From a virus (lineage: Duplodnaviria > Caudoviricetes): a stretch of DNA of 58,629 bases. A program made the position numbers and the translations under genes. The stretch lies in the IMG/VR virus record IMGVR_UViG_3300017652_000001, positions 1-58,629 of that record; one strand, 5' to 3'. Shown here one piece after another: positions 1 to 9,117 of this stretch. The notes under the pieces are model-generated. The model was given only the letters and a program-made list of their open reading frames with translations. It ran no database searches and was not told the origin of the DNA. Positions within the stretch are counted from its first letter, which is position 1, and each line of letters starts with the position of its first letter.

Positions 1-17
1 CCGATGATCGACTGGAC
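1..17 (+). repeat. Left att core CCGATGATCGACTGGAC
   Basis: Identical to 58613-58629; encodes PMIDW(T) of the DusA N-terminal motif. Confidence 0.95.
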
Positions 18-48
18 CGATTCCCCTGGAAACGCTGGCTTGCAGCCG

Positions 49-168
49 TTTGTAGCACTTTTGTAGCCCTCAAGCTCTATGCAATTGCCGCAATTCTTTC
101 CACGCGGCCTCCCTGCGACCGTCGAGATAGTCCGCCAAGTCCTGAATATGGACGCCTTTGTAGCACTT
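49..168 (+). repeat. Putative integrase arm-type sites
   Basis: TTTGTAGCACTT at 49-60 and 157-168, TTTGTAGCCCT at 60-70; inverted copies near the right end. Confidence 0.55.
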
Positions 169-351
169 CTGGGAAGCCTCGACACGAACGACAGGAAGAA
201 CGATTTCTCCCAGCCCGACTTTCCGCAAGAACTTCTCCGGCGTCAGGTGGGTGAAGTAGTCCCGGCAGACATCATCAACCGAGATGATCGGCTTTCCGCC
301 ATATTGAGAAAGCAGCATTGAGGCGGTGGATAGCTTCTGCACTGTCATCAA
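70..351 (-). CDS. PrtN (pyocin activator)-family DNA-binding protein, probable excisionase
   Basis: LLSQYGGKPIISVDDVCRDYFTHL...KGVHIQDLADYLD signature; adjacent to att. Confidence 0.8.
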   Translation of the reverse strand: MMTVQKLSTASMLLSQYGGKPIISVDDVCRDYFTHLTPEKFLRKVGLGEIVLPVVRVEASQKCYKGVHIQDLADYLDGRREAAWKELRQLHRA

Positions 352-554
352 TCCCCGCTTCCCCCGCTATTCACATCGCGGTTGTCCACAGGGGCCTTTC
401 GGATCGCGTTTCGGCTCGTGACCATGGTGTAGCCGTCAGCGAAGCGTACGAGGCACGAGTTCATTGCCTTGGCGCGAACGAGGACTTCGCAAAGCTGATC
501 TTTGCGACCCTGCCTATTCCAGGCGTAACGATATGGAAGAGTGGCTGCCGTCAT
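348..554 (-). CDS. Hypothetical phage protein
   Basis: ORF coupled by overlaps in the leftward operon. Confidence 0.7.
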   Translation of the reverse strand: MTAATLPYRYAWNRQGRKDQLCEVLVRAKAMNSCLVRFADGYTMVTSRNAIRKAPVDNRDVNSGGSGD

Positions 555-880
555 TCGCCCTTCTCCTCGCGAAGTGCTGTGCAGCCGACACGGATCGCAA
601 ACACGGATACCGGTTCAGCGCCGAAATGCGGATGAGTGATTGTCCGTTGCGAGAAACCCCGCCAGGGAAGTTCAAGGGTTCGCTCCGGGTCGCCTCGCTT
701 CGGGTATCCCTTCGTGAGAACGATGGAGTCGAACTCGCGCCTGGCGACGTTCCCGGCTGGCGTCGGTGGATGATAGAGCCGCTTCGTCCAATAGTCGTTG
801 GCTAGACGGTATTCCTCGGTTTTCGTGCCATCACGAATGGCATCGAAATATTCGGCCTTGAGAGCAAGCTGTAGCTTCAT
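551..880 (-). CDS. ASCH/PUA-like domain protein
   Basis: LALKAEYFDAIRDGTKTEEYR (GxKxxExR) motif. Confidence 0.8.
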   Translation of the reverse strand: MKLQLALKAEYFDAIRDGTKTEEYRLANDYWTKRLYHPPTPAGNVARREFDSIVLTKGYPKRGDPERTLELPWRGFSQRTITHPHFGAEPVSVFAIRVGCTALREEKGE

Positions 881-1120
881 TCACGTCCCCTCCTGCTCTG
901 CAAGGCGACGGGCGCGGCGGAAGTCTTCAACCGTCAGATCGGCCAAATGGCAACCATAGGCCTGCACAATCCATATCCGGTCATCATCCGGATCATCGCG
1001 GCCGACTTCATCCTCCACGTCGGCTACTTGGGCGAATAGTTTCAGCGCTTCCCGCATTTCGGCGTTCTCGCGCTCAAGCTGCTCGATGCGGTCTTTGTCG
1101 CTCAGCATTTTGCCACCCAA
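881..1120 (-). CDS. Hypothetical coiled-coil protein
   Basis: Contiguous ORF in the operon; start uncertain. Confidence 0.6.
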   Translation of the reverse strand: MGGKMLSDKDRIEQLERENAEMREALKLFAQVADVEDEVGRDDPDDDRIWIVQAYGCHLADLTVEDFRRARRLAEQEGT

Positions 1121-1641
1121 TATTGCCCTGCTTGAATTCTTTGGATCGTCGTTCGATTTACGCCGAACTTAGACGCAAGGTCTCTCTGGGTGATGCTGCC
1201 GGCCATCTCGCGAATAGAGCATACTTGATCCCACGTCAGTTTTGCGCTCGGGGTACGCTCTCCTCGAAGGAGAGTACCGCACAAAATCTTGTCACGTTCA
1301 TTTTCTAATTTTGTGCCATAGGAGAGATTGGAAGCAGCATTGTTCCTGGAGTCGCCATCCAAGTGGCGAACCTCATAGCCAGCCGGCTGTTCACCTAGAA
1401 AAGCTCTGGCCACGATCCGGTGAACGGAGACGTATTTGCGGATATCGTCGCGACCGAAAGACAAGGTGACGGTTCTATACCCGGCCCTTTCCCACTGCGT
1501 AAGCAGACCGCCCTTGGTTCTTTGCCGTGGTACAGAGTAAACTTGTCCTAGATCGCTGACATAATATCTTTCTTCATTGCCAACGACAGGCCTCCACACT
1601 CCGCCAAATTCTGAGTGCAGGCGTCCGACGATATCGCTCAT
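1102..1641 (-). CDS. NUMOD4-HNH endonuclease with C-terminal HTH
   Basis: WRPVVG..YYVSDLGQV (NUMOD4); VHRIVARAF..VRHLDGDSRNNAASNL (HNH). Confidence 0.88.
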   Translation of the reverse strand: MSDIVGRLHSEFGGVWRPVVGNEERYYVSDLGQVYSVPRQRTKGGLLTQWERAGYRTVTLSFGRDDIRKYVSVHRIVARAFLGEQPAGYEVRHLDGDSRNNAASNLSYGTKLENERDKILCGTLLRGERTPSAKLTWDQVCSIREMAGSITQRDLASKFGVNRTTIQRIQAGQYWVAKC

Positions 1642-1871
1642 ATCTCATCCTTTCGCGGGGACGTGGCTGTTTGGATGCGAACATCTTCATGAACGAACGG
1701 TCCAGCAACGATGAAGCCGAAGAAGCGGCGATATCCAAAACTGATGCCAAAGACGCGGCTGATTTGACCATGCTGATAGCTGGCGTACTCGAAACCGTTG
1801 GCGTAGATTGATGGCAGTTTAGCCTTCATGTGCCAAGGCAATGCCGGCGCCCCAAAATGAACCTTCATCAC
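1638..1871 (-). CDS. Hypothetical protein
   Basis: 4-nt overlaps with both neighbours. Confidence 0.6.
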   Translation of the reverse strand: MMKVHFGAPALPWHMKAKLPSIYANGFEYASYQHGQISRVFGISFGYRRFFGFIVAGPFVHEDVRIQTATSPRKDEI

Positions 1872-2701
1872 TCAGTCTCCTTTCGCGGGGAGGGGGTGGG
1901 TGGCGACGGAAGGGGTTGCCAATAGGTCGCTACGCCGCACAGGCCATGCCAAGTCCAGCCGCCGCCATTGTGATCGATCCAATGTGCCTCATGAGCCGCA
2001 GCCCATCCTTCCGAAAACGGATCTTCGCTAAAACGCGCATGGGCATGGACGAACCAGATCAAGATGCGAGTGCCATCCCTCGGGGCAGTTTCGATCGGCA
2101 GCCATCCTCCTTGACGGAGGCGGATGATCTCGGCAGCTGGCATTCCGAAGATGCGGAAAAGCTTGTGGCGCTGATCGTCGGAAAGATCACGGAAGAACCA
2201 AAGACTGAGTTTTCGACCAGCCGCATCAGCCGTCACATGTGGTTGGGGCGACGCTGCAGCCTCCGCCTTTCCTTTCTCGTATCCCTTCTGAAACGAGATC
2301 TGTGCCGCGTCCCATGCGCGCGCCTTATCGACCTCATCCACATTCGATGGGGGTGATGGGGAGGGGGCGGCACTGATCATCGCCTCGTAGACCGCGGCGA
2401 TTTCGATGTTCTCAGTATCGACGCCATCAGCCGACAGCCTGCGCCAGCCGGCGTTCTGCATTTCAAGCGTCGGCACTTTCGGGGCCAAGACCAAGTCGCT
2501 AGCCTCCCCAGCAGAGGGGGCGGTGAGGGCGGCTCGAGAGGTGCGGAGATCACGCAGGGCGCTATCCCACCTTTGCTGTGCGCCCTGCATGCTTGCCTTA
2601 TCTCGTGTCGAAACACTGTCTGACTGAGACATGTTGAAACAGATGTTCGACATCTGCGTGCCGACGTTGATAAGTGCGTCTATCTGTTCATCCGTGATCA
2701 T
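1868..2701 (-). CDS. Mosaic hypothetical protein with DUF551-like C-terminus
   Basis: WLPIETAPRDGTRIL...ATYWQPLPSPP; start at MITDEQ (ATGA overlap). Confidence 0.7.
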   Translation of the reverse strand: MITDEQIDALINVGTQMSNICFNMSQSDSVSTRDKASMQGAQQRWDSALRDLRTSRAALTAPSAGEASDLVLAPKVPTLEMQNAGWRRLSADGVDTENIEIAAVYEAMISAAPSPSPPSNVDEVDKARAWDAAQISFQKGYEKGKAEAAASPQPHVTADAAGRKLSLWFFRDLSDDQRHKLFRIFGMPAAEIIRLRQGGWLPIETAPRDGTRILIWFVHAHARFSEDPFSEGWAAAHEAHWIDHNGGGWTWHGLCGVATYWQPLPSPPTPSPRKETE

Positions 2702-2958
2702 GCGTTCGGCTCCACGACTGGGAATTCCCCTTCTTCGCCGACGCGATCGACCATGATACCGCCGTCGCCGACGTAACCGCACGATAGGCATCGGTGATTG
2801 CCGATAGCCATGAAATGACCGCGCTGATGGGACGCGCCACATTCGCATATCCATCGGCGGGGAAGATAGCCGGTGGCAAGGTCAAGCCGCTCGGCCTCCA
2901 AGGTTTGGATCGCGATTTCGGCGTTGATTTCAGGGTCAGGATGATAGGTGGCGTTCAT
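2698..2958 (-). CDS. Small Zn-ribbon protein
   Basis: CECG...H...CLSC; start at MNATY. Confidence 0.65.
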   Translation of the reverse strand: MNATYHPDPEINAEIAIQTLEAERLDLATGYLPRRWICECGASHQRGHFMAIGNHRCLSCGYVGDGGIMVDRVGEEGEFPVVEPNA

Positions 2959-3377
2959 AATAAATCCCTCGACGGTAGACGGCCGGCAGTCGCCAAGCCT
3001 GAAAGAATGCGGGAGGTCGCGCGCTCGGTCGCTTCGGCCTCGTCGTAGTCGCTGAAAATGCCCCAGAGCGTGTTTGCCAACTCGTGCGGGTTGATGCCGA
3101 CCGAATCCCAGAAGTCGATCTCGTTCATGGAATGCTGGCGAGCGTGCTCGTCGCTGCACAGAGGAAGGGCGAACCGATCAGGGGCCTTCGTTCCCTTCGC
3201 GCGACCGTAATGGCCGTACCAAGGCATGGCGAAGGAGACATGGGCAGCCTGTACATCGTTGCGGCCTGTGACGACGCACGGGAGCGAATGCAGCCATGCG
3301 AGATATGGAGGCCGCTTTGCCGGTCTGCGCTTCGGCGGTGGTTCTGGGGTCTCATAAGCAACGCGGAAAGCCATCAC
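2955..3377 (-). CDS. DUF968-like putative HNHc nuclease
   Basis: YLAWLHSLPCVVTG..AAH..ALPLCSDEHARQH. Confidence 0.75.
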   Translation of the reverse strand: MMAFRVAYETPEPPPKRRPAKRPPYLAWLHSLPCVVTGRNDVQAAHVSFAMPWYGHYGRAKGTKAPDRFALPLCSDEHARQHSMNEIDFWDSVGINPHELANTLWGIFSDYDEAEATERATSRILSGLATAGRLPSRDLL

Positions 3378-3622
3378 CTTACCCCCATCATCTTCGCGAG
3401 GGCCCTGAGAAGTGACGTGTGACGCTCCAGGCTCATGCCGCTGTGTGCCGGCGTTGGATCGGCGATAGGCGCCGCAAGCCGGTCATCGTTCGCGCCGACG
3501 AGCTCGACCCCCCACTTCTTCGCGAACCGGCGACGACGAGATTCTAGAACAGAGGAAAACGGATCGGGTGCCTTTTCAGGAGCGCGGCGGGTATAGCTGC
3601 TGACGGATATGATTTTGGTCAT
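3374..3622 (-). CDS. Hypothetical protein
   Basis: ATGA-coupled ORF starting MTKIISV. Confidence 0.65.
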   Translation of the reverse strand: MTKIISVSSYTRRAPEKAPDPFSSVLESRRRRFAKKWGVELVGANDDRLAAPIADPTPAHSGMSLERHTSLLRALAKMMGVR

Positions 3623-4122
3623 GCCGCCCTCCCTTGCTCTTCCGGCTCGGCCCCGATCAGAGCGGAGCACCAGTCAAGAACCTTTTCCTTGCTGTCCTGA
3701 AACGTCTTCTTGTCCATGGACCGGTAATCCTGGCTCATGGCGTGGTAGACGGTGACGATGGAATCCTTGACCGCGACGAGTTGATACGTGTCGTAAGGAC
3801 GGATTGCTGCCGCCAGCCGTTCAGCCTCCGCGGCCGATTTGCAGGCGTGCTGCGTCATGGTGTGGAAGCCGGTCCGGATCAGTGCGTATTTCCGAAAATG
3901 CTCCTCAGTCGGGAACTGTTCGGAAAGATGCTCTGGCAGGCTTTGCCAGAGGTCGTGCAGCGTGGCGAAATAATGCGCGTGGGTTGCGCTTGACCGAACG
4001 TGAACCTCGTCAAGAGTATATGTCTCGCCTACGACGAAGCGCTCATCGCATTTCCGCGCCCAATGCCGGTTGACAGGCTTGAACTCTTCGCCGGTCCAGA
4101 TGAAGGGAAGGGGCTGGCTCAT
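3619..4122 (-). CDS. NinB/DUF1367-like recombination accessory protein
   Basis: RSxxxHxxYFA motif, C-terminal SMDKKTFQ; directly downstream of the annealase. Confidence 0.55.
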   Translation of the reverse strand: MSQPLPFIWTGEEFKPVNRHWARKCDERFVVGETYTLDEVHVRSSATHAHYFATLHDLWQSLPEHLSEQFPTEEHFRKYALIRTGFHTMTQHACKSAAEAERLAAAIRPYDTYQLVAVKDSIVTVYHAMSQDYRSMDKKTFQDSKEKVLDWCSALIGAEPEEQGRAA

Positions 4123-4124
4123 GG

Positions 4125-5081
4125 TCAGCCTGCCATCATCGGATGATTGCGAATGGCATCGTCAACAACCGGCGCCCGCTGCTTCATCTTTGCTTCGATC
4201 ATTTTCTTGATCTCATGAGCATCACCAGGGTGGCGAGCCCAGAAGACCTGAAGGCTAGCCCGGTTCGCATCCTGCCAGCGCGCGACCTTGTCGGACGGAA
4301 GATCCCGGATGAACTCCGCGACGCGATCGACCATCTGACCGTCCGGAACGTTTTCGAGAGCGAACCCGTCTTCCCACCAGATCGTCACGGCGTTGCTGCC
4401 TCCGACCGCGCGGAGCCGGTTATCTTGCTGCTCCTGAGCGACAATCTCGGTGGCCGTCAGGTCGAGAACCTTGGCTCGATCCATCTCGGCTTCATCGTAG
4501 AGGCCGGTGAACTGTTCCGGCCAGCCGGCGCGCAACGCCTGCATCTCGGCGCACTTGGCAATCATGAGCCGCGGCATCCGGCACCAGTTGCCGGAGTCGT
4601 CCAGCGTCTGCTTACCGGTCTTGTAGCTCTTGCCGGTTTGATCGTTCATCGCCCATTCGTCCTTGATCGGCGCGAACTCGTCCCAAAATGCCTGCCCGGC
4701 GACCTCGTACCATTCCCCGCTTTTCGGATCCTGCTTCCAAAGATAAGTGGTGGCGGAAACGATGCCCTGAGGGTTCAAGGGTGAGCGGGCATCCTTATCG
4801 ATCTCATAGGACGGCGGCTTGCTGGCCGGCCGGTAGTCGCCGCAACGCTGCGCAATGACGCGCTGGCCGTCACGGCTGATGATGATGGTCATCTTCCGTT
4901 TGGCTGCATTGCCCTTCGAAAAGACCATAGGAATGATCTGGCCAAGGAACGGGTCCAAACCTTTCGCCCTGGCAACCTCCATGAAGAGGTTGAACTCCTC
5001 GTCGTTGCAGTCCTTGGCGATCGTCTGTTTGACGAGCGTAAGCTGGCGCGGGGATAGGTCGAATTTTGTGATAGCGTTCAT
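4125..5081 (-). CDS. bet: RecT/Bet single-strand annealing protein
   Basis: EFNLFMEVARAKGLDPF..QI and W..MPRLMIAKCAEMQALRAGWPEQFTGLYDEAEM motifs. Confidence 0.88.
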   Translation of the reverse strand: MNAITKFDLSPRQLTLVKQTIAKDCNDEEFNLFMEVARAKGLDPFLGQIIPMVFSKGNAAKRKMTIIISRDGQRVIAQRCGDYRPASKPPSYEIDKDARSPLNPQGIVSATTYLWKQDPKSGEWYEVAGQAFWDEFAPIKDEWAMNDQTGKSYKTGKQTLDDSGNWCRMPRLMIAKCAEMQALRAGWPEQFTGLYDEAEMDRAKVLDLTATEIVAQEQQDNRLRAVGGSNAVTIWWEDGFALENVPDGQMVDRVAEFIRDLPSDKVARWQDANRASLQVFWARHPGDAHEIKKMIEAKMKQRAPVVDDAIRNHPMMAG

Positions 5082-5602
5082 TATCGCCTCCGGACAGTCA
5101 GGGAGAGAGAACCGTTGTCGAGCGTGGCGCCGGGGATTTCCTCCCTAGCCTTGAGGGCTTCGGCCAGCGCCTTCTTGTCGAGCTTCGGAGCGGGTCGCTT
5201 CTGTTCGATCCAGAAGCGGGCCGGGATATCGGCTTCGTTGGTCACGACCAAACCCGGCTGGCGGCGAGACAGGGAAATCGTTGCCGTGGGAAGGCGCATG
5301 GTCTGCTGATCTGTGGCGACCAACGCTTGTTCGATCAGGGCGCGGATACGTTCGGCTCTTGCTTCAGCAGCCTTGCGGCGCGTCTCGAAAGCCTGTTCCT
5401 TCGCCTTCAAACCGGCTATGATGACTTCGCATTCATCGATTTCCGATAATGCGGCGTCGATGGCTTCTGTAAGCCCGGTTTCGCCTTCGACAGTGTCGGC
5501 AACCAGTTCTTTGTCATCCTCGCCATCTTCGAAGAGAGACCGGATAAGCTTCTTCGCGGCCTCAGTCTGGCGAAGCACGTTGTGCTCAACGTCCTGCGAC
5601 AT
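5081..5602 (-). CDS. Siphovirus Gp157-family protein
   Basis: Coiled coil plus C-terminal IPARFW..PKLDKKALAEALK..IPGATL. Confidence 0.85.
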   Translation of the reverse strand: MSQDVEHNVLRQTEAAKKLIRSLFEDGEDDKELVADTVEGETGLTEAIDAALSEIDECEVIIAGLKAKEQAFETRRKAAEARAERIRALIEQALVATDQQTMRLPTATISLSRRQPGLVVTNEADIPARFWIEQKRPAPKLDKKALAEALKAREEIPGATLDNGSLSLTVRRR

Positions 5603-5804
5603 GGCTAATCTCCTGATGAATTCTCGCCTGCCGCTCCATTTCCGGAGCCCCGAACAAGACGAATGAAACGGCTACGGTGCAGAGCACGAGGACGAGAGCC
5701 ACGGCCTGATTGATTTGCCCGATCATCTCGGCCCGCTTTGCTTCCATGCGGGCGTTGATCTCGCGGGCGCGGTCGAGGGCGGAGAGGGCGTCATGCATGT
5801 CCAT
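5586..5804 (-). CDS. Small membrane protein
   Basis: One hydrophobic segment; in operon. Confidence 0.65.
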   Translation of the reverse strand: MDMHDALSALDRAREINARMEAKRAEMIGQINQAVALVLVLCTVAVSFVLFGAPEMERQARIHQEISHVAGR

Positions 5805-6000
5805 GAGCGGGCACCTCCTGCTTAAGCCGGTCGTAGACCTTCTTGGTGCAGAACATGACGCGGCCCTTCACCGCGACCGTCTCGTCATCGACGGTGATCT
5901 TGTCGCCTGTGCGCTCGTCGGTAACGACGGTCCCGGCGTCAACCTCCATGACGTGGAAGCCGGCAAACGCCTCAGCGAAGTATTCCGAAGGATGCTTCAT
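5791..6000 (-). CDS. Hypothetical protein
   Basis: Start MKHPSEY with AGGAG RBS. Confidence 0.65.
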   Translation of the reverse strand: MKHPSEYFAEAFAGFHVMEVDAGTVVTDERTGDKITVDDETVAVKGRVMFCTKKVYDRLKQEVPAHGHA

Positions 6001-6428
6001 GGCGTCGGCTCCTTGGCGAGAGCGGCGCGGATGACTTGGAGCGCATGAACGATCCCCTGATGTCGGCCCATCAATTCGTTCGCCCGCTTGTGACCTAGAT
6101 GTTCGGCATTTCCGAACTTCCCGGCGTGCGCCTTCGCGGCCCATCCGAGACATTCCGGCTTCTGGAACTGATCGAGGGACTGGCAGTATGCCTGGTCGGC
6201 TTCCTTGCTTAACGCGTCCAGCGCGGCTTTGATCTCCGCATCCCTTTCCGCCAGCGCAGACGTGTGGGAGGCGAGGGCGGACATTGCTTCAACGCCACGA
6301 AGTAGAAAGTCGGCCAATGCGGCGCTGTCACACATCGCGACGGTCTTGACGGTATGCCCAGTGGAGGGCCCGCAGGCCTGTATTCTGTGTTCGGCAGTCT
6401 GGATTATGTCGAAGTCGAAGTAGCTCAC
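5997..6428 (-). CDS. Hypothetical protein
   Basis: GTG start overlapping the upstream stop, GGAGG RBS. Confidence 0.6.
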   Translation of the reverse strand: MSYFDFDIIQTAEHRIQACGPSTGHTVKTVAMCDSAALADFLLRGVEAMSALASHTSALAERDAEIKAALDALSKEADQAYCQSLDQFQKPECLGWAAKAHAGKFGNAEHLGHKRANELMGRHQGIVHALQVIRAALAKEPTP

Positions 6429-6823
6429 TTCCCCTCCTCCTGTCCTTTGGAGAGGGGGAGGGATTCGGCGCTGGCGATGGATGACCGGAAAGACACCATC
6501 GTTTCGCACAGCCGATTGAAATCGTCTGGCTTTGCTGCCTTGTGATCGGCGGCAATCTCGTTTCCGTTCATCCAATCGCAAAGTGCTTCGACGGCTTTAA
6601 GAAACGCTCTACCGTTTTCCAAAAGATCAGGAGCGGCGGCGATCAGTCTGGCGTTGGCTTCACACTCTCGCTCTGTGCGGCCATGAACTGTCGCGACGAT
6701 TGATCCATTGTCGTCACCGACTACGCTGCAGCGGAAGGTTTTTCCTACTTGCACTATGTTCAGGTGCTTCATCGTAGTGCGGGACGGCAGCCACGGCCCC
6801 GGCGTGTGCTTCATCTCAGACAT
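6425..6823 (-). CDS. Conserved phage hypothetical protein
   Basis: KHTPGPW...ANARLIAAAPDLLE motif common in temperate phages. Confidence 0.75.
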   Translation of the reverse strand: MSEMKHTPGPWLPSRTTMKHLNIVQVGKTFRCSVVGDDNGSIVATVHGRTERECEANARLIAAAPDLLENGRAFLKAVEALCDWMNGNEIAADHKAAKPDDFNRLCETMVSFRSSIASAESLPLSKGQEEGK

Positions 6824-7172
6824 TTGCCGCCCCTGCATGTTCGCGACGGTCGGCGGCGACGGGAAGCGATCGAGGCTTCTGCGGAATGACCTCGTATTCG
6901 TGGAAGCCGGTAAGCTTCACGCTGTAGGTCTGGTAATGCGCCGGAGAGCGAAGATCGGCGTACCCGCAGTCAACAGCGATCGCGTGAACCGCATGCTCAA
7001 TCTTGTTGATGTGGAAGGCCTGCCAGTTCAGGTCTACATTGGCCTTCTGCGATGCCTTCGGGCCTTCGGCGTGAAGCGCCTTGTCGGAAAGCTTCTGCAT
7101 CTTTCGACGCTCGTCCCGGAGGTTCTTCACCGCGTCGTACAGGCGTTCGATATCTTCGAGGGGAGCCACCAT
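6816..7172 (-). CDS. Hypothetical protein
   Basis: Coupled ORF starting MVAPLED. Confidence 0.6.
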   Translation of the reverse strand: MVAPLEDIERLYDAVKNLRDERRKMQKLSDKALHAEGPKASQKANVDLNWQAFHINKIEHAVHAIAVDCGYADLRSPAHYQTYSVKLTGFHEYEVIPQKPRSLPVAADRREHAGAANV

Positions 7173-7600
7173 CACAACCACCCCATAGCCTGATGGTCGC
7201 GGCGCTCGTCGTGGAGACGGTCGGGATCGGGCCGGGCTGGTGCTGCGGCTTCGAGATCGTCCTTCCACAGCGCCCACGCCTTGCTGTTCTTGACGTAGGC
7301 CGGGAAGGTGTCTTCGTCGTCCAGTTCGACGCCCATGCGGCTGTCGAGGTCATAGAGATACTGGCGAGCGCAGAACTCGGTGATATCTTCCGACTTCCAC
7401 GTCTCGGTATCGACGCGAAGGACCGTCACGATTTCGTCGTCGGCCAACTCATCGAGGACTTCCGCAATCGACATGGACTTTCCGAAGAACGAGCTTTCGC
7501 GGAGGTACTGGCGCTTGATGCGCGCACTGCAGACGACCGCGACGAGCGTTTCGTTTGCTTCAATCGGATGCTTGCGGTTTTCCATTTCGGTATTCCCCAT
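7172..7600 (-). CDS. Hypothetical protein
   Basis: Acidic 142-aa ORF in the operon. Confidence 0.65.
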   Translation of the reverse strand: MGNTEMENRKHPIEANETLVAVVCSARIKRQYLRESSFFGKSMSIAEVLDELADDEIVTVLRVDTETWKSEDITEFCARQYLYDLDSRMGVELDDEDTFPAYVKNSKAWALWKDDLEAAAPARPDPDRLHDERRDHQAMGWL

Positions 7601-7648
7601 CCTTGCGGGCCACGCGAATATTCAGGCCCGCCGTAATCGTTGGTGTGG

Positions 7649-7861
7649 TTAGTCTCGGAAGTAGACGGGTCGGTAGCGAACGATGTCGCAGGAGCCGCCG
7701 TTGTGGTACCAAGAGCTTTGATGCCGGTACGGAGATGCCCAGTAACCGGCTGGACCGCGATTGGCCGTCCCGTCTCGGCGCTCGATCTCGATTACGAGAT
7801 GTTCATCCACGGGGCAGTCTTGGCCGTTTGGCGCGACCCACTCGCCGAATTCAAAGGCCAT
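7649..7861 (-). CDS. Hypothetical protein
   Basis: W..NGQDCPVD...W.H.G..CDIVRYR pattern seen in phage early genes. Confidence 0.6.
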   Translation of the reverse strand: MAFEFGEWVAPNGQDCPVDEHLVIEIERRDGTANRGPAGYWASPYRHQSSWYHNGGSCDIVRYRPVYFRD

Positions 7862-7862
7862 C

Positions 7863-8021
7863 TCAGAGCATCCCTTGAAGGCGAAGCTTCTGAGCTTCGT
7901 ATTGCTCGATAAGGTCGGCGTCCTGAAACTGCGGCTGGTAAGAGCGAGCACGGTCAAGAACGCGGTCGCATTCGATAATCGCCTCGACAATTCTGCGCTT
8001 CTGTTCCTGCGTCATCCCCAT
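7863..8021 (-). CDS. First gene of the leftward early operon, hypothetical
   Basis: GAGGA RBS upstream; 52 aa. Confidence 0.55.
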   Translation of the reverse strand: MGMTQEQKRRIVEAIIECDRVLDRARSYQPQFQDADLIEQYEAQKLRLQGML

Positions 8022-8122
8022 TTCCTCAGTTGCGCGGTCTCCCGCTGGCGCCGGCCGGTTTCTCTTGCGAGGTGTTCGGCGGCTGATGAGCGCCAGATCA
8101 GCCGGGGCTTCTTCGTGGCGCT

Positions 8123-8203
8123 GTTGTCTCTGTGGCAACCAAGTTGTCACATTGCCAACACGAAAGCAATAGGCCAACGAAAAAAAGTTGTCGTATAGAC
8201 AAC
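8123..8203. promoter_or_regulatory. OL-like operators (three 17-bp palindromes) at the leftward promoter
   Basis: GTTGTC-N5-GGCAAC 8123-8139, GTTGTC-N5-GCCAAC 8143-8159, GTTGTC-N5-GACAAC 8187-8203; same consensus as the cI-cro sites. Confidence 0.85.
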
Positions 8204-8219
8204 CATAAATCGCCGCGCT

Positions 8220-8256
8220 AAAAGAAAGAGCGCCGCCCGCGAGGACGACGCTCTTC
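8220..8256 (-). terminator. Rho-independent terminator
   Basis: Minus-strand hairpin AAGAGCGTCGTCC-TCGC-GGGCGGCGCTCTT followed by TCTTTT. Confidence 0.7.
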
Positions 8257-8314
8257 ATTTTCGGACAAGCTACGCTAGATAGCGGTCAAGGTCGAAGGGA
8301 GACTCTTTATGACG

Positions 8315-8773
8315 TCACTGGCGATCCTGGCTATTCGCGTAATACGGCCGTTTGCGTTTTCGCTTCGGCTTCACGGCCACCTGAACCGCTGCGTTCTTCG
8401 GGAGGTTCTTTTTGAAGACCTGTCCATTCGGGACGTGCTGGGGCTTGGCCGCACTTCTGATCTGCTCGTAGGCCATACCGACGCGGGTTTTCAGGCTGTC
8501 GAGCCCACCATCCCTGCAGGCGACATTGCGATTGACGATAACCGCCCAGCAGTTCGTAATCGAATCGTCATCGAGGGAATGTCTCAGACGGTCCACTAAC
8601 TGCTGGGGGCTTTCATTCGTCCGGATCACGAACGCCATATGCCGCTTGTCGTGCATGGCCGGGAACATCGGCTTGTTGATGGCCCGTTTGATTTTCGTAA
8701 GGGCTTGAACGCAATACTCGGCATCGAACTTCAGAAAAATCTGAAGGAGAACAACATTTTCACTCTTGATCAT
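8315..8773 (-). CDS. Hypothetical protein with basic C-terminal tail
   Basis: 152-aa ORF in the immunity region with its own terminator. Confidence 0.7.
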   Translation of the reverse strand: MIKSENVVLLQIFLKFDAEYCVQALTKIKRAINKPMFPAMHDKRHMAFVIRTNESPQQLVDRLRHSLDDDSITNCWAVIVNRNVACRDGGLDSLKTRVGMAYEQIRSAAKPQHVPNGQVFKKNLPKNAAVQVAVKPKRKRKRPYYANSQDRQ

Positions 8774-9003
8774 CGGGATAATGCTTTCGATGGCAATGCG
8801 CAGAAAGCGATAACCCGCTTGACAGACTCGCCCGGATCGGGCTTATAAAAGCTGCTAGCAAAATTATCACCTCTGCCACGAGGTTGATTTCAATGGGCCG
8901 GTTTGAGTGCGTGAACACTCTGCCGGCCCGTTCCGTTTGTGGAATCAAGTAACCACAACCATTATCTTTCCTCGATTCATGACTCCTAATCAAGTTCCGG
9001 CTT

Positions 9004-9029
9004 GTTCTTTTGTTGTTCATTGCCTGTTC
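9004..9029. promoter_or_regulatory. Tandem alphaproteobacterial LexA (SOS) boxes
   Basis: GTTC-ttttgtt-GTTC-attgcct-GTTC, two exact GTTC-N7-GTTC matches. Confidence 0.65.
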
Positions 9030-9048
9030 TGCTGTGAATCGCAGGCAC

Positions 9049-9109
9049 AAAAAAGCCCGCTCACAGCGGGCTGGGGGGGGGCAAAAAGAAACCCGCCGGA
9101 GCGGGTCTC
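9049..9109 (-). terminator. Two tandem terminators after bstA
   Basis: Minus-strand hairpins ACCCGC-TCCG-GCGGGT+TTCTTTTT and AGCCCGCT-GTG-AGCGGGCT+TTTTT. Confidence 0.8.
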
Positions 9110-9117
9110 AATGGTGC

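Noticed and set aside
8083-8121. CTGATGA followed by a GCGCCA/TGGCGC stem, hammerhead-like
   Set aside because: No GAAA after stem II, and the expected transcript is on the other strand
8760-9050. 96-aa minus-strand ORF
   Set aside because: Runs through the SOS boxes, lacks an RBS and has atypical composition
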